Of a stretch of DNA of 64,000 nt, positions 18,996 to 29,702 are shown one piece after another. The notes under the pieces are model-generated. The model was not told the DNA's origin and did not search any database. It worked only from the letters and a program-made list of their open reading frames with translations. Origin of the DNA: Motiliproteus sp. (GTDB lineage: Bacteria > Pseudomonadota > Gammaproteobacteria > Pseudomonadales > Balneatricaceae); contig NZ_OZ246016.1 in assembly GCF_965230735.1 (NCBI RefSeq), forward strand, positions 765,194-829,193. Reading direction: 5' to 3'. Numbering within the stretch: the first letter of the stretch is position 1; each line of letters begins with the position of its first letter. The position numbers were made by a program, and so were the translations under genes.

Positions 18996-19999
18996 TCAGC
19001 GATTCTTACTGATCCATTTTTGCAGCCGCCACTGTCCTTCGATCCACTTTCCCGGTAGCAGTATGGCTCTTAAAAGGCCCTGCTTAAATTGATCGCTGGT
19101 GCCTGAAGGAATCTCCATCGATGGGTCACAGTAGCTGCGATATAGTCGTTGCCAGCCCAAGTGAGACAGGTAAGTGATGCGCCCGCTGAGACGGTTGGCT
19201 CGCTCATCATCCGCAAACTTGCTGTTCAGTCCCAGGCCGATAGTCTCGGGCTCGCCGACGACAAGGTTATTGGCATAACAGATATCGCTGATACGCTTTA
19301 ACCGATCAGAGTATTCATGCAGGTGTTGGAGTTCGATGCTGGGATCGAATTTCTGCAAGGCGGCAAGCCAGAACTTCTGCGTGCAATCCGGTGGGAAGTA
19401 GGGGCTGCCCAAGCCTTGGACTTTCCCCAATCTGTCGGGATCGAGCTGATAATCCTCAAACAGAGCTAGATCCCAAAGTACCAGCAGGTCTTCGGTCAGA
19501 CCAAAATAGAAGAAGTCGCAGGCGTGAAACACCACCGGCATCCCCTTGGCGTATTCGCGGGTAAAGGTGTTGTTGACCACCACCCGTTCTTTCAAGAACG
19601 CATACTCGGGGTGACGCTGGCTGAACTGCTGTTGCAGGGTCTTAAACTGATCCCCGACCAGGAAATTATCCGAGCGAAGCTTCATCGCATAGCGGTCTTG
19701 ACCCGTTTCAACCCTTCCCGGGATGAGACGATCTGGCGATTGTTGTTGAGCTTGCCGGGGGTGCCATCGGCCAGATAGCGGTAGATATTGGGGCCGGGAT
19801 CCTCACAGATGACGAGTTCATCGTAATCCAGCCCTTGCAGATTTTGATCTGGCCAGGTCGACAGAATGATGTGGGCGCCCGGCAGGTACTGCCGAATACT
19901 TTGGAGACTACGATAGGTGATCCCTTCGTCCATTGGGCGGTCGTCCCGCGCTTGGACCGGTCCTTGAACGACGACACTGATGTCTGCATTGTTGATCAT
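18996..19999 (-). pseudogene. wavE: WavE LPS synthesis protein, frameshifted into two ORFs (19682-19999 and 18996-19685)
   Basis: ISVVVQGP, IILSTW, NNNRQIVSSREGL end in KTAMR*, and the next ORF starts MKLRSDN. Adding one C (ACC GCT to ACC CGC T) gives continuous KTRYAMKLRSDN and a 334-aa protein. Confidence 0.85.
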
Positions 20000-20718
20000 G
20001 GTGTTTGCTTCAGTACCGCTTGGTATTCATCGGGAGTGCCGCAGAAGATCACTTCTTCGGGGTCAATGACCGAGTAACGGATATCCTTAGCATCACGAAT
20101 GGCCAGGTTGTATATCGGGGCGATATAGAGCTCTCCCGCGTCCAGTCGATCGGTTTCGAACTGGCTGTACTCTTGATAGTAGTGGCGGTATAGCTCGGCG
20201 CTGGCCCAATGGTAAAGACCGGTGCAACAGAACTCCGAGATCTCCTGCTTTTCAGCGGTTCGGATTACCCGGTCGGAGCCCGGGGCCTGTGGCTCGATAT
20301 TGCTCCAGTTCTTACCTGAACCGATAAAGGTTTCCAGATAGCCATCGGCTTGATCACAGAACCCGGGCTTGCGGTAGTTGGGGCGGAAGGTATCAATATT
20401 GAAGATATACAGCGGTTCGTCGGTCAGCCCATCCAGCCCCAACGCCACGGTTTCTGCCTGGCCGCCGGTGGGTTGATTCAGGATAACCAGCTGGTAATCG
20501 CGAATACCCAACCGTTTGGCCTCGGTCTCGACAAAGGCGGGAGTATCAAACTGATCTCTGACGATAAACAGGAAGGGGTCGGTGTCAAAATAAGCGCTGA
20601 AGCTGCATACCGAGTGGGCAAACAGACTCTGACCATGGGCGTCGAGCTTGTACTTGGGTTCGGTATAGCCGGCACTGAAAAAGCGCGACGACATTCCAGC
20701 CATCGGTATCACGAACAT
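19996..20718 (-). CDS. Nucleotidyltransferase/GT-A fold capsule/LPS biosynthesis protein (BcbG-like)
   Basis: VIPMAGMSSRF, PKY, TGGQAETV, IFNIDT, CTGLY, GELYIAPIYN, FCGTPDEY. Confidence 0.75.
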   Translation of the reverse strand: MFVIPMAGMSSRFFSAGYTEPKYKLDAHGQSLFAHSVCSFSAYFDTDPFLFIVRDQFDTPAFVETEAKRLGIRDYQLVILNQPTGGQAETVALGLDGLTDEPLYIFNIDTFRPNYRKPGFCDQADGYLETFIGSGKNWSNIEPQAPGSDRVIRTAEKQEISEFCCTGLYHWASAELYRHYYQEYSQFETDRLDAGELYIAPIYNLAIRDAKDIRYSVIDPEEVIFCGTPDEYQAVLKQTP

Positions 20719-22305
20719 GGCTGTTCTCCTTGAAGTTCGGCGTAGAGACGATAGGCATTTGCCAGCATGGTCATCTGTCGTTCCGGCTGGTCATTGTGAA
20801 GCGGAAGCATCGACAGAAAAAGCTGGACTCCAATGGCTTGAACGCAATCTTGAAGTTGTGGCTGGTCGCTGAAGAAGACTTCATTAAAGGCTTGATTGAT
20901 CCCCAGATGATAGGTTGCCGCATAGTCGCGTAACTCCAATCCGGAATCCGTCTGTTTGGCCTTGAGGCGGCCAGCAATGATCAGGTCATAGAGACCGTGC
21001 ACGGAATGGTAAAGCTTGGCGTAGTCATAACGGCTGTCGCCATAGAGGGTCGGTCTGCCTTGCGCATCGATGCCCCTTGGGTCGATAACTTTGATCCGAC
21101 GGGTGCGGAAGTCGTAGAGGATGTTGCTGAAGCAAAAGTCGCCATGAACGATCGCAACATTCTGCAGGGTTGCTGCCGGAATCCGCTCGCTACTCTGTTC
21201 GGCAATGTCACGAGGTGATGGATACAGGGTGCCATTGAGATGAATCGGCTTATCGATATCAACACCGCTGTGGATGGCGAACTGTTCCAACCTGTCCAGG
21301 GTTTTGGGTAGGTACAGTGAATCAATGTCAGTGGGATGAAGTTCACTGGACTCCGGCGAATAGGCTTTACAGCGGGCTAGGAAGCGGTGGCAGGATTGGA
21401 AGATTCGACGCCAGGAGGCCTTTGCCAGATGACCGAAGACGAACAGATCGCTGAGCGGGAGGTTGTAGAGGTACTCCAGCGAATAGCCGGCACGGTCACC
21501 GTCATTGAAACGGCTTAGCAGCTTGGGGCTGTAGATCTGGATATCATTGGGAAGAGCTTCAAACCAGTTCGCTTCACCTTCCATTTTGTCCACTTTGTGG
21601 CTGGATTTACGCGCGGTGCTGCGATTGATTTCCAGTGCATTGAAGCTGCGCTGAGTGGTAAAGGCGGCTCTCGAATTGAAGTAGGCGTTCAGATGGCCGA
21701 AATCGAACCAATCATTGGCCTGCACCAGGCTGATTTCAAGCTGTTCGTGGTATCGGTTGATCGCACCGATAAAATCGCCCCGTTGTTGGGTCAGATGGCG
21801 GACTAGCTTAAGAGAGGAAGAAAAACTGAAATAGCCGCTGGCGACGATATCGCCGTCAACAGCCAACTGCCAACTGCTCGTCCAGTAATTGCGCTGAATG
21901 CTGTTGGCTTAATGCACGACGGTAATATCCGGAGTTGGGAGAGATACTGACCAGATCGTTTCCTTTCGGAAGGTTCTGGAAAAGTGTGTCGCCGTGCAGA
22001 ATCTGTAATTGAGAGTTTCCACACTGTGCCATATTCAGACAATAAAGCACCGACTCTCCCAAGCTCAGCCCCTCGGGCACGGTAATCAGCTTAACGCTAT
22101 GCTCGGCAATGAATGCCTGTTCATAGTCGCTCAGTTCAAAACTCTCCGGAATCGACAGGTAGATATCATCAGAGAGGGGTTCTGCCAGAGCGATCTGGTA
22201 TTCGTACAGACAGCGATTCCCCAGCGGTAGAAAGCTGGGAGGAAGGCACCCCAACTCGCTGGCAAACTCCTGGCTGATATAAGCCCCGGAAGTGATCAGG
22301 AACAC
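20709..22305 (-). pseudogene. NTP-transferase-like + APH/choline-kinase-like fusion (BcbE-like), split by a 7-bp duplication
   Basis: 5' ORF (LITSGAY, LPPSFLPLGN, ILHGDTLF) and 3' ORF (WFDFGH, HGDFCFSNIL, VIDPRG, LFLSMLPLH). Removing one GCCAACT copy gives ...DEQLAVDGDIVASGY... and one 529-aa ORF. Confidence 0.85.
21862..21877. repeat. 7-bp tandem repeat GCCAACT x2.3 causing the frameshift
   Basis: GCCAACT GCCAACT GC read directly at 21862-21877. Confidence 0.9.
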
Positions 22306-22698
22306 TCAATTGCCCTCTTTCAAGCGCTGGGCTTCATCTGCGAGCAGCTTGTCGATTTGTACGGGCTCCAAGCTGGCAAACTCACTGGGTCGAATCGCTT
22401 TGTTATCAACGTAGAAACCTTCAAAGCCGCACCAGGGCTTGCCTACTTGAACCTCATCGTAGGGAACCCGATGCCGGTCAAGCCATTCCAGTATGGTCGG
22501 TAACGTATGTACATTGATCTTGCCGATGTCGCCTTGATACGTACGCATATTGCGGGCGGTGGCAATACAGATCTCGAACCCCTGTTCTTTGTAGTGGCGT
22601 AGCTTCTCGATAACCGCTAGGTTCGGCTCTTTGGACTCGTAAGGGCCGGGCTTGTCTATCGTCAGGGTGCCGTCCAGATCGATAACCAGTTTTTTCAT
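22306..22698 (-). CDS. HAD-IIIC capsule biosynthesis phosphatase (EcbF/BcbF family)
   Basis: VIDLDGTL, ATARNMRTY, KPWCGFEGFYVDNKAIRPSEF; its TGA directly abuts the GTG of the next gene. Confidence 0.85.
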   Translation of the reverse strand: MKKLVIDLDGTLTIDKPGPYESKEPNLAVIEKLRHYKEQGFEICIATARNMRTYQGDIGKINVHTLPTILEWLDRHRVPYDEVQVGKPWCGFEGFYVDNKAIRPSEFASLEPVQIDKLLADEAQRLKEGN

Positions 22699-22713
22699 GA
22701 TGGTTCTTCTGCC

Positions 22714-23808
22714 TTAGCGATTAGATTCAAGAAGGTGCCGGAAAAATGCCCGCGTGTTGGCTACCGCCTGATCGACAGTGAAATGATCCGCTAATCGCTG
22801 TCGTGCGGCCTTGCCCATCTGATGTCGATCTTCAGGCGAATCGATCAGCCGTTTGATCGATTCTCCAAGTGCGGCACCGTCTCCGGGGGCAACCACTAGC
22901 CCCGATTCTCCACTGACGATTAACTCGGCACTGCCGCCGGTGTCCGTTACCACGCAGGGAAGGGCATAGGCCATCGCCTCGATCACGGTTTTGGGTAAAC
23001 CTTCGCGTTTTAAGGAGGGCAGTACCGAGATATCACTGGCACTGACCAGGGCTGGAACGTCGTTACGGAAGCCCGCCAAGTGGATTCGTTCCCTGGCCGG
23101 GCTTTGTTTCACCTGGCTGGTAAATTCTTCAGCATCCATACCTCCGCCGACCAGTATCAAGTGGGCGTCGGTATCAATTTGGCCAAAGGCTTCAACCAGT
23201 AACGGCATCCCTTTACGTGGCCTGGCATTTGCGACGCAGATTACCTTGACGGCAGATCCGGGGATCCCGAACTCGGCCTCTAAATCTGCTGGCTTAACAT
23301 CCTCGTACCAGCGCAGGTCGTGGCCTTTGTAGACGGTGACGACGTTAGATTCTGGTAGAAAAACTCGGGGTCGCAGGTCATCTCGAACGGCGTTAGCGAC
23401 GCCGATAATGCCGTCGATGCGAGGGTTCAGGTGGGTTAGATAGCTGGCCGGATCATGGCGGTAGATATTACCGGTCTGGCCCCGGTAGTTGACGACCTTG
23501 ACCGGTAGGCCAATGGCGGCCAGAGCACCGTTGACGATCGCCTTGTTATTGAACAGGTACAGAATATCGTAACTACCCTGCTTGAGCTCGTGTCGAATAC
23601 GGCGAATGGCTGCCCAACTGAATTTTTTTTGTGGATGATAATCGATGACCCGAATGCCCTGTTCCTCAAAACGGGGAGCGTACTCGGATTGACCCTGGGT
23701 CATCAGGGTAAGGTCCACACCGGCTTTATGGAGGCCGATCAACATCTCGGCTTCCGGTCTGACACTGTTCCAAGTATCGGTATAGGAGCTGATAACCAGT
23801 ACTTTCAT
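22714..23808 (-). CDS. GT4 glycosyltransferase
   Basis: CVANARPRKG, GFRNDV, SVLPSLKREGLPKTVIEAMA, TDTGGSAE. Confidence 0.9.
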   Translation of the reverse strand: MKVLVISSYTDTWNSVRPEAEMLIGLHKAGVDLTLMTQGQSEYAPRFEEQGIRVIDYHPQKKFSWAAIRRIRHELKQGSYDILYLFNNKAIVNGALAAIGLPVKVVNYRGQTGNIYRHDPASYLTHLNPRIDGIIGVANAVRDDLRPRVFLPESNVVTVYKGHDLRWYEDVKPADLEAEFGIPGSAVKVICVANARPRKGMPLLVEAFGQIDTDAHLILVGGGMDAEEFTSQVKQSPARERIHLAGFRNDVPALVSASDISVLPSLKREGLPKTVIEAMAYALPCVVTDTGGSAELIVSGESGLVVAPGDGAALGESIKRLIDSPEDRHQMGKAARQRLADHFTVDQAVANTRAFFRHLLESNR

Positions 23809-23935
23809 CGATAGGGCTCTAGTTTTCCGGCAAAGTGTGCAAGTTTATCATCTGAACGCTGGATTCGCTGGGAGTTCGGTACCTGACGTGCTTTATCGTT
23901 ATACTCGCGGGCAAGCCAAGGGGGACAAGCGTTTC

Positions 23936-24976
23936 ATGCCCAAACTATTACATATCAATCTATCCAGTGCTTTTGGCGGTGGCGAGCGCCAAACGGCTAA
24001 TCTAATCAGCTTCCTTAGCCGGCAGCCCGATATGGAGCAGATACTGATTACTCGGCCGGGCAACCCATTGGCTGAACTGGGCCAACAACATGGATGTCAG
24101 GTTATAGAAGCCAAGAATCAGCTGCAGCAGCATTTTTCACCGCTATGCCGAGGTGTGGATCTGGTGCACTGTCATGATGGCCGATCGGTCTACTGGGGGC
24201 TGTTGCATCGCTGGTTGAAGGGTACTCCTTATGTGATTAGCCGCAGAGTCGAGCACCCGATCAGTGCCAAGCGATCATCACGCTGGGCCTATCAGAATGC
24301 CGAGAAGATCATCTGCTTGAGCCGAGCAATCCGATCCCAGGTGGCTAAGGTGGCGCCGATCGATAAAACAGTGATCATTCCTTCGGCATGCTTTCCCGTT
24401 CCAAGCGATCCCGAGAAGTCGGCAGCGATTCGGGCATGCTATCCGGGTAAGCGGCTGATTGGCCAGATAGGGGCTCTGATCGATCTTAAAGGTCAGCGTT
24501 ATACGCTTGAGGTGGCCAGGCAACTGCAACACAGCCATCCTGATGTTCACTTTCTGTTCTTGGGGTCTGGGCCAAATCTGGGATCGCTGAAACAACAGGC
24601 GGCGGGCTTGAGCAATGTGGAGTTTGTTGGGCAGGTCCAGAATGTTGGAGATTACCTGGCGTGCTTTGAACTGCTGTTGATGCCGTCACTGATGGAAGGG
24701 TTTGGTTCGACCATTCTCGAAGCCATGCATCATGGTGTCGCGGTGATCGCGTCTGAAGTGGGTGGAATTCCCGATATTATCCAAAACCAGTCCAATGGGT
24801 TGTTGGTACCGCCAGCTGACAGCCAGTCACTGGCGAATGCAGCAGTTTGCCTATTAGACCACCAGGCCGAGCGAGAGCAGATTGCCGAAAACGGCCGTCA
24901 GACGGTGGGTGCCTACCGCCCGGAAGTGGTCTTTAACCAGTGCTGGACGTTATACCAGAATCTGCTGGGCTGTTAG
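23936..24976 (+). CDS. GT4 glycosyltransferase
   Basis: Likely ATG 23936; FGGGERQ, HCHDGRS, LKGQ, PSLMEGFGSTILEAM, SEVGGIPDII. Confidence 0.9.
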   Translation: MPKLLHINLSSAFGGGERQTANLISFLSRQPDMEQILITRPGNPLAELGQQHGCQVIEAKNQLQQHFSPLCRGVDLVHCHDGRSVYWGLLHRWLKGTPYVISRRVEHPISAKRSSRWAYQNAEKIICLSRAIRSQVAKVAPIDKTVIIPSACFPVPSDPEKSAAIRACYPGKRLIGQIGALIDLKGQRYTLEVARQLQHSHPDVHFLFLGSGPNLGSLKQQAAGLSNVEFVGQVQNVGDYLACFELLLMPSLMEGFGSTILEAMHHGVAVIASEVGGIPDIIQNQSNGLLVPPADSQSLANAAVCLLDHQAEREQIAENGRQTVGAYRPEVVFNQCWTLYQNLLGC

Positions 24977-26195
24977 ACGGCGTCCCATGCAAGCGCTTTT
25001 GATGACTCAAGCAACCGGCTAGGATGACCACCAGGGCTACCAAAAATACGGTAGTTATGTTGTGGCTTAACATCGCCTGCGTCAGGCCAAAATCAACATA
25101 GCCAAATACCAGTAACAAACCAGCGGTGGCCAACTGTAAGTCGACTGATCGCATCCGATAGAAGAAACGTAACAGTAGCGCGTAAAAGGCGAGCAGGGCT
25201 GCCAAACCGAACACTCCCAGCTCGGCCAGGGTTGTCAGCATTTCACTATGGGCATGACCATAGCCGATATTACGGGCAACCTGCTTTTGGCTAATCAGTT
25301 GCTTGACGCTGCTTCGATACTCTCCTTCGCCAACTCCGAATACGGGGGACTGTTGGAACATAATCCCAGCGGCACGCCACATCTCTAAGCGAGTGCCCGC
25401 TGAGCCCTCTACACTGCCTTCTTCCGATAGATAGCTGATCGTATCAGCTACAGCCTTATCAACTTTGTATTTGACCAGTTGATTATTTTGATAGACGCCC
25501 AAAGTCGCTATTAAAAAGCATGCATAGATACCGAAGCGTATGGGTTTAATTTCTATAGCTTCGCGAAGAATTAGCCACAGCATAACCGGGATTGCGATCC
25601 AACCCCCACGGGTTCCTGAAGTAATGGATCCCATCAATCCAAATCCAAAAGCAATAATCGCTAACATAATCAGCCATTTGCTCCGTGGATGGTCCGGTTT
25701 CGGCTTGATGCAGTAGGTCAACGACAGCACACCTAGTATTAGCGATAGATCACCAAAAGAAATCTTAGAGATATATCCATGAGCTACCACCAAGCCGAGC
25801 ACATATTTTTGATAGTAACCAAAACATCCCGCCCCGATCGCACCGATAAAAAGTCCGGCATAGAGCCAGCTTTTTGAGGCGCCAAAGCGCCGGACGGCAA
25901 AGAAGATCGGTAGCACCAGCAAAAATCTGGAGGCAATATCGAAATCGGCCAGATCGCTGTTCTGGTGCACCAGCATGTTGATTAATACCGCCAGGGGGTA
26001 GATCGCCATGGCCACCAGCAGAAGCTTCTCGTCCTGCTCCAGCTTAATGCCCCGGTTATGGCGGGTCAGCAGCATGGCGATCGACAATAACAGCATTAGT
26101 AAGGCGACGGCACCGATCGATCGATCGACCACCAACAGCAGGGCGGTGAACAGCATTAGTGCCAGGTTAAAGCCTTGGGAGAGTACAGCGTGCAT
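24933..26195 (-). CDS. waaL: O-antigen ligase
   Basis: Multi-TM; SGTRGGWIA, large periplasmic loop with SAGTRLEMWRAA, GVGEG, HAHSEMLTTLAELGVFG. Confidence 0.85.
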   Translation of the reverse strand: MHAVLSQGFNLALMLFTALLLVVDRSIGAVALLMLLLSIAMLLTRHNRGIKLEQDEKLLLVAMAIYPLAVLINMLVHQNSDLADFDIASRFLLVLPIFFAVRRFGASKSWLYAGLFIGAIGAGCFGYYQKYVLGLVVAHGYISKISFGDLSLILGVLSLTYCIKPKPDHPRSKWLIMLAIIAFGFGLMGSITSGTRGGWIAIPVMLWLILREAIEIKPIRFGIYACFLIATLGVYQNNQLVKYKVDKAVADTISYLSEEGSVEGSAGTRLEMWRAAGIMFQQSPVFGVGEGEYRSSVKQLISQKQVARNIGYGHAHSEMLTTLAELGVFGLAALLAFYALLLRFFYRMRSVDLQLATAGLLLVFGYVDFGLTQAMLSHNITTVFLVALVVILAGCLSHQKRLHGTPSNSPADSGITSSTG

Positions 26196-26215
26196 GACAA
26201 CTTCTTCTGGATTAC

Positions 26216-27226
26216 TTAATTCTGATTAGAGGGGATGCAGGCAAGGACCTGGTCCACGCTGACATCAACTAGCGAATGGTTCTCAGGCAGCTCCCGAATC
26301 GCTAGTAGGCTCTCATCTCCGCCCAGGTCGGCCCGCAGGATATCGGCATTGCGGGTAAGCGGTGGGGTGTATTCGGGGGTGGTGGTTCGGTAGATTGCGA
26401 TCAGGTGGCAACCCACGGCGGCGGCGATGTGCATCAGGCCGGAGTCATTGCTGATCGCGTGTTGTGCCAGGGCTAGCAGGTCGACGGCGTCTTCGAGCTG
26501 GGTTTCGCCGCACAGGTTAAGCAGCTCGCAGTTGGCCTGTTGCTGAATCGCATCGGCAACCGCTCGATCTTTGGGTGAGCCTAGGCACCAGAGTTGATAG
26601 CCCTGCTTGGCCAATTGATCCGCTGCTTGTGCCCAGTACTCCGCCGGCCACTGTTTAGCAGGGCCGAACTCAGCCCCGGGCAGTAGAGCTACCACGGGTT
26701 TGCTCAGATCCAGCTGATGTTGATCGATCAACCGTTGCTGGTTCTTCTCATCGACGGTGAGTTGCGGATCGATGATCGTGGGTGGATCCAGGCTTGGCTT
26801 GTCTCCCAACGCGACCATCCGCTGTACGGCCAGCGGTAGGCGTTCCTTGTCGAGCAGGCGCATGTCGTTGATGACGCCGTAGCGCATCTCGCCACGAAAC
26901 CCCCGGCGTTCGGGGACTTCGGCGATCCAAGGTAACAAGGCGGCTTTGAACGAGCGAGGAATCACGATGCTGTGGCTGTATTGACGTTTGACCAGCCCCA
27001 GCCCTAGTTGCCAGCGTTTCTTCAGCCCCAGCTCGCCGTGTTTAACATCCAGCGCGATGGCATTTTCCACCTCCGGCATTCTCGCCAGAATCGGTAATGA
27101 CCAGCCCGGTGCCACCACATCGATGGTGCAGTTAGGCTGTTGCTGTTTCAGGTGTTTGAACAGACTTTGGCACATCACCATATCGCCGACCCAGGAGGGG
27201 CCGATGATCAGCCAGCGTTTTGACAT
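26216..27226 (-). CDS. waaF: LPS heptosyltransferase II
   Basis: IGPSWVGDMVM, PRSFKAAL, GEMRYG, PGAEFGPAKQWP, NDSGLMH. Confidence 0.93.
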   Translation of the reverse strand: MSKRWLIIGPSWVGDMVMCQSLFKHLKQQQPNCTIDVVAPGWSLPILARMPEVENAIALDVKHGELGLKKRWQLGLGLVKRQYSHSIVIPRSFKAALLPWIAEVPERRGFRGEMRYGVINDMRLLDKERLPLAVQRMVALGDKPSLDPPTIIDPQLTVDEKNQQRLIDQHQLDLSKPVVALLPGAEFGPAKQWPAEYWAQAADQLAKQGYQLWCLGSPKDRAVADAIQQQANCELLNLCGETQLEDAVDLLALAQHAISNDSGLMHIAAAVGCHLIAIYRTTTPEYTPPLTRNADILRADLGGDESLLAIRELPENHSLVDVSVDQVLACIPSNQN

Positions 27227-27277
27227 GGTGGGTAATCCCGTGTGATCTGGAGTAGTTGGATGTTCACGCTTGATCGA

Positions 27278-28225
27278 TCAGTCTCGATGCAGCCACTGCA
27301 TATATTCGGCAACGCCTTGCTGTACGGTTTTAAACGGCTCGTCGTAGCCCAGGGCCCGTAGTTTGCTGATATCAGCCTGGGTGAAGCTCTGGTAGGAGCC
27401 CTTCAGGTGATCGGGAAACTCGATGAATTCGATCTGGCCCTTGCCGTGGTAGGCGATGACCGAATCGGCTACATCCTTGAACGACTGGCTGCGACCGGTA
27501 CCGAGATTGAAGATCCCTGAGTGCTCCGGGTGGTCCATAAACCACAGATTGACGTTGACTACGTCGCCGACAAAAACAAAATCCCGTTTCTGACCACCAG
27601 CTTCGTAGCCATCGTAGGCACCGAACAGTTTCGGGTCTTCGCCGCGCTGGATCTGGCAGTGATTGTGGTAAGCCACACTGGCCATGCTACCTTTATGTTG
27701 CTCGCGGGGGCCGTAAACGTTGAAGTAGCGGAAGCCGACGACCTGCGAACTGGGCTGCTGAGGCAGAATCCGACGCACGTACTGGTCAAACTGCCACTTG
27801 GAATAGCCGTAGACGTTGATCGGTCCTTCGCAGGCCAGCTCTTCGCGGAAGATCTCGCCCTTACCATAGGTTGCCGCTGAAGAGGCGTACAGAAACGGAA
27901 TCTCGCGCTCCAGGCAGTAGTGCAGCAACACTTTGGAGTACTCGTAGTTGTTCTCCACCATGTATTTGCCGTTCCACTCGGTGGTGGCAGAACAGGCACC
28001 TTCGTGAAAAACCGCCTCGATCGGCCCCAAGGCTTCCCCGGCTTTGATTCGGGCCAGGAAGTCGTCCTTGTCTAGATAGTCGCTGATCTGGCAGTCCTGT
28101 AGGTTCCAGAACTTATGCCCGTCGGTCAGGTCATCCACCACCAGAATGTCGGTGATACCCCGATCATTCAGGCCTTTGACGATGTTGCTGCCGATCATGC
28201 CGGCGCCGCCGGTTACGATAATCAT
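27278..28225 (-). CDS. hldD: ADP-L-glycero-D-manno-heptose 6-epimerase
   Basis: [48 protein letters not shown]. Confidence 0.96.
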   Translation of the reverse strand: MIIVTGGAGMIGSNIVKGLNDRGITDILVVDDLTDGHKFWNLQDCQISDYLDKDDFLARIKAGEALGPIEAVFHEGACSATTEWNGKYMVENNYEYSKVLLHYCLEREIPFLYASSAATYGKGEIFREELACEGPINVYGYSKWQFDQYVRRILPQQPSSQVVGFRYFNVYGPREQHKGSMASVAYHNHCQIQRGEDPKLFGAYDGYEAGGQKRDFVFVGDVVNVNLWFMDHPEHSGIFNLGTGRSQSFKDVADSVIAYHGKGQIEFIEFPDHLKGSYQSFTQADISKLRALGYDEPFKTVQQGVAEYMQWLHRD

Positions 28226-29673
28226 GAACCTTGATTCTCCTCGGTGGTGCGGATCCGGCGGACGATATTGGTGGTGGAGCAGCCGTCCAGGAAGCCCAGG
28301 ATGATCACTTCACCGCCGTTAAGGATCACCGCCTCGCCGCCGGCGACATCTTCGGCCTTGTAGTCGCCGCCTTTGACCAGGATATCCGGCAACAGCTCTT
28401 TGATCAGTTCGGCAGGAGTGTCATCGACCGAATCCTTGCCGAACGGCACCACCCAATCGACACTGCCGAGGCCGGACAGTACCGCCATCCGTTGCTCCAG
28501 CGGGTTGATCGGCCGCTCCGGCCCTTTCAGTCGCTCGACCGAGTCGTCGGAGTTGACGGCCACAATCAGCTTATCGCCCAGCGAACGGGCTTGTTCCAGA
28601 TACTGCACGTGACCGGCGTGGAGGATGTCGAAGCAGCCGTTGGTCATCACCACCTTCTCGCCGCGGGCGCGGGCGGTCTGAATCTGTTTTTGCAATGCAT
28701 GGACGCTGAGGATACCAGTCTCTTCGACCGCCTCGCCCAGTACCGCGCGGTTAAGCTCCTCGGCGCTCAGGGTAGCGGTTCCCAGCTTGGCGACCACGAT
28801 GCCGGCGGCCAGGTTGGCCAGACGGGTGGCGTCTTCGATGGTTTCGCCGGCGGCCAGCGACGCGGCCAGGGTTCCGATCACCGTATCGCCGGCACCGGTG
28901 ACATCGTAGACCTCTTGCGCCAGGGTCGGGATATGCAGTTCCTGATCAGATTGGATCAGGGCCATACCGCGTTCGCTGCGGGTCACCAGCAGGGCATCCA
29001 GCTCACAGGCCGTGCGTAAGTTGTGGGCTCGCTCAACCAGCTCGGTATCGTCCTGCCACCAGCCGACCACCGCGGCAAATTCTGACTCGTTGGGGGTAAT
29101 CAGGGTGGCCCCGGTATAGCGGCTGAAGTCGGTACCTTTCGGGTCGACCAACACCTGCTTACCGGCGGCGCGGGCACGGGAGATCATCGCTCGGATCTCA
29201 TCCAGACAGCCCTTGCCGTAATCGGAGAACACCACCGCGTCGCAGTCTCGCAGGCAGTGGTCAAAGCGGCTTAGCAGATGGGCGTGATCGTAATCTTCGA
29301 AACCGTCTTCAAAATCGAGTCGGATCAACTGCTGGTTGCGGCTCATGACCCGCAGCTTGGTGATGGTGTCCGAACCCTCGACCTCTTCGAACTCGCACTG
29401 AACACCGGCTTCATTGAGTTGTAACCGCAGACTATCGGCGGCTTCGTCTTTACCGACCAGCGATAGCAGGGTGGCATTGCCACCCAGGGCGACGATGTTC
29501 AGGGCAACGTTTCCGGCGCCGCCGGGGCGGCCTTCATGATCCTTGATATGGACCACCGGCACCGGTGCCTCCGGTGAAATTCGACCGGTCTGGCCGTGCC
29601 AGTAACGATCGAGCATCAGGTCGCCCACCACCAGAACGCGGGCGCTGGAAAAGTCCGGAGTAAAGAGCTGCAT
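28222..29673 (-). CDS. hldE: Bifunctional heptose-7-P kinase / heptose-1-P adenylyltransferase
   Basis: [45 protein letters not shown]. Confidence 0.96.
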   Translation of the reverse strand: MQLFTPDFSSARVLVVGDLMLDRYWHGQTGRISPEAPVPVVHIKDHEGRPGGAGNVALNIVALGGNATLLSLVGKDEAADSLRLQLNEAGVQCEFEEVEGSDTITKLRVMSRNQQLIRLDFEDGFEDYDHAHLLSRFDHCLRDCDAVVFSDYGKGCLDEIRAMISRARAAGKQVLVDPKGTDFSRYTGATLITPNESEFAAVVGWWQDDTELVERAHNLRTACELDALLVTRSERGMALIQSDQELHIPTLAQEVYDVTGAGDTVIGTLAASLAAGETIEDATRLANLAAGIVVAKLGTATLSAEELNRAVLGEAVEETGILSVHALQKQIQTARARGEKVVMTNGCFDILHAGHVQYLEQARSLGDKLIVAVNSDDSVERLKGPERPINPLEQRMAVLSGLGSVDWVVPFGKDSVDDTPAELIKELLPDILVKGGDYKAEDVAGGEAVILNGGEVIILGFLDGCSTTNIVRRIRTTEENQGS

Positions 29674-29702
29674 GGATTGGTCCGCTTAATTCGTTTCCAT
29701 CG

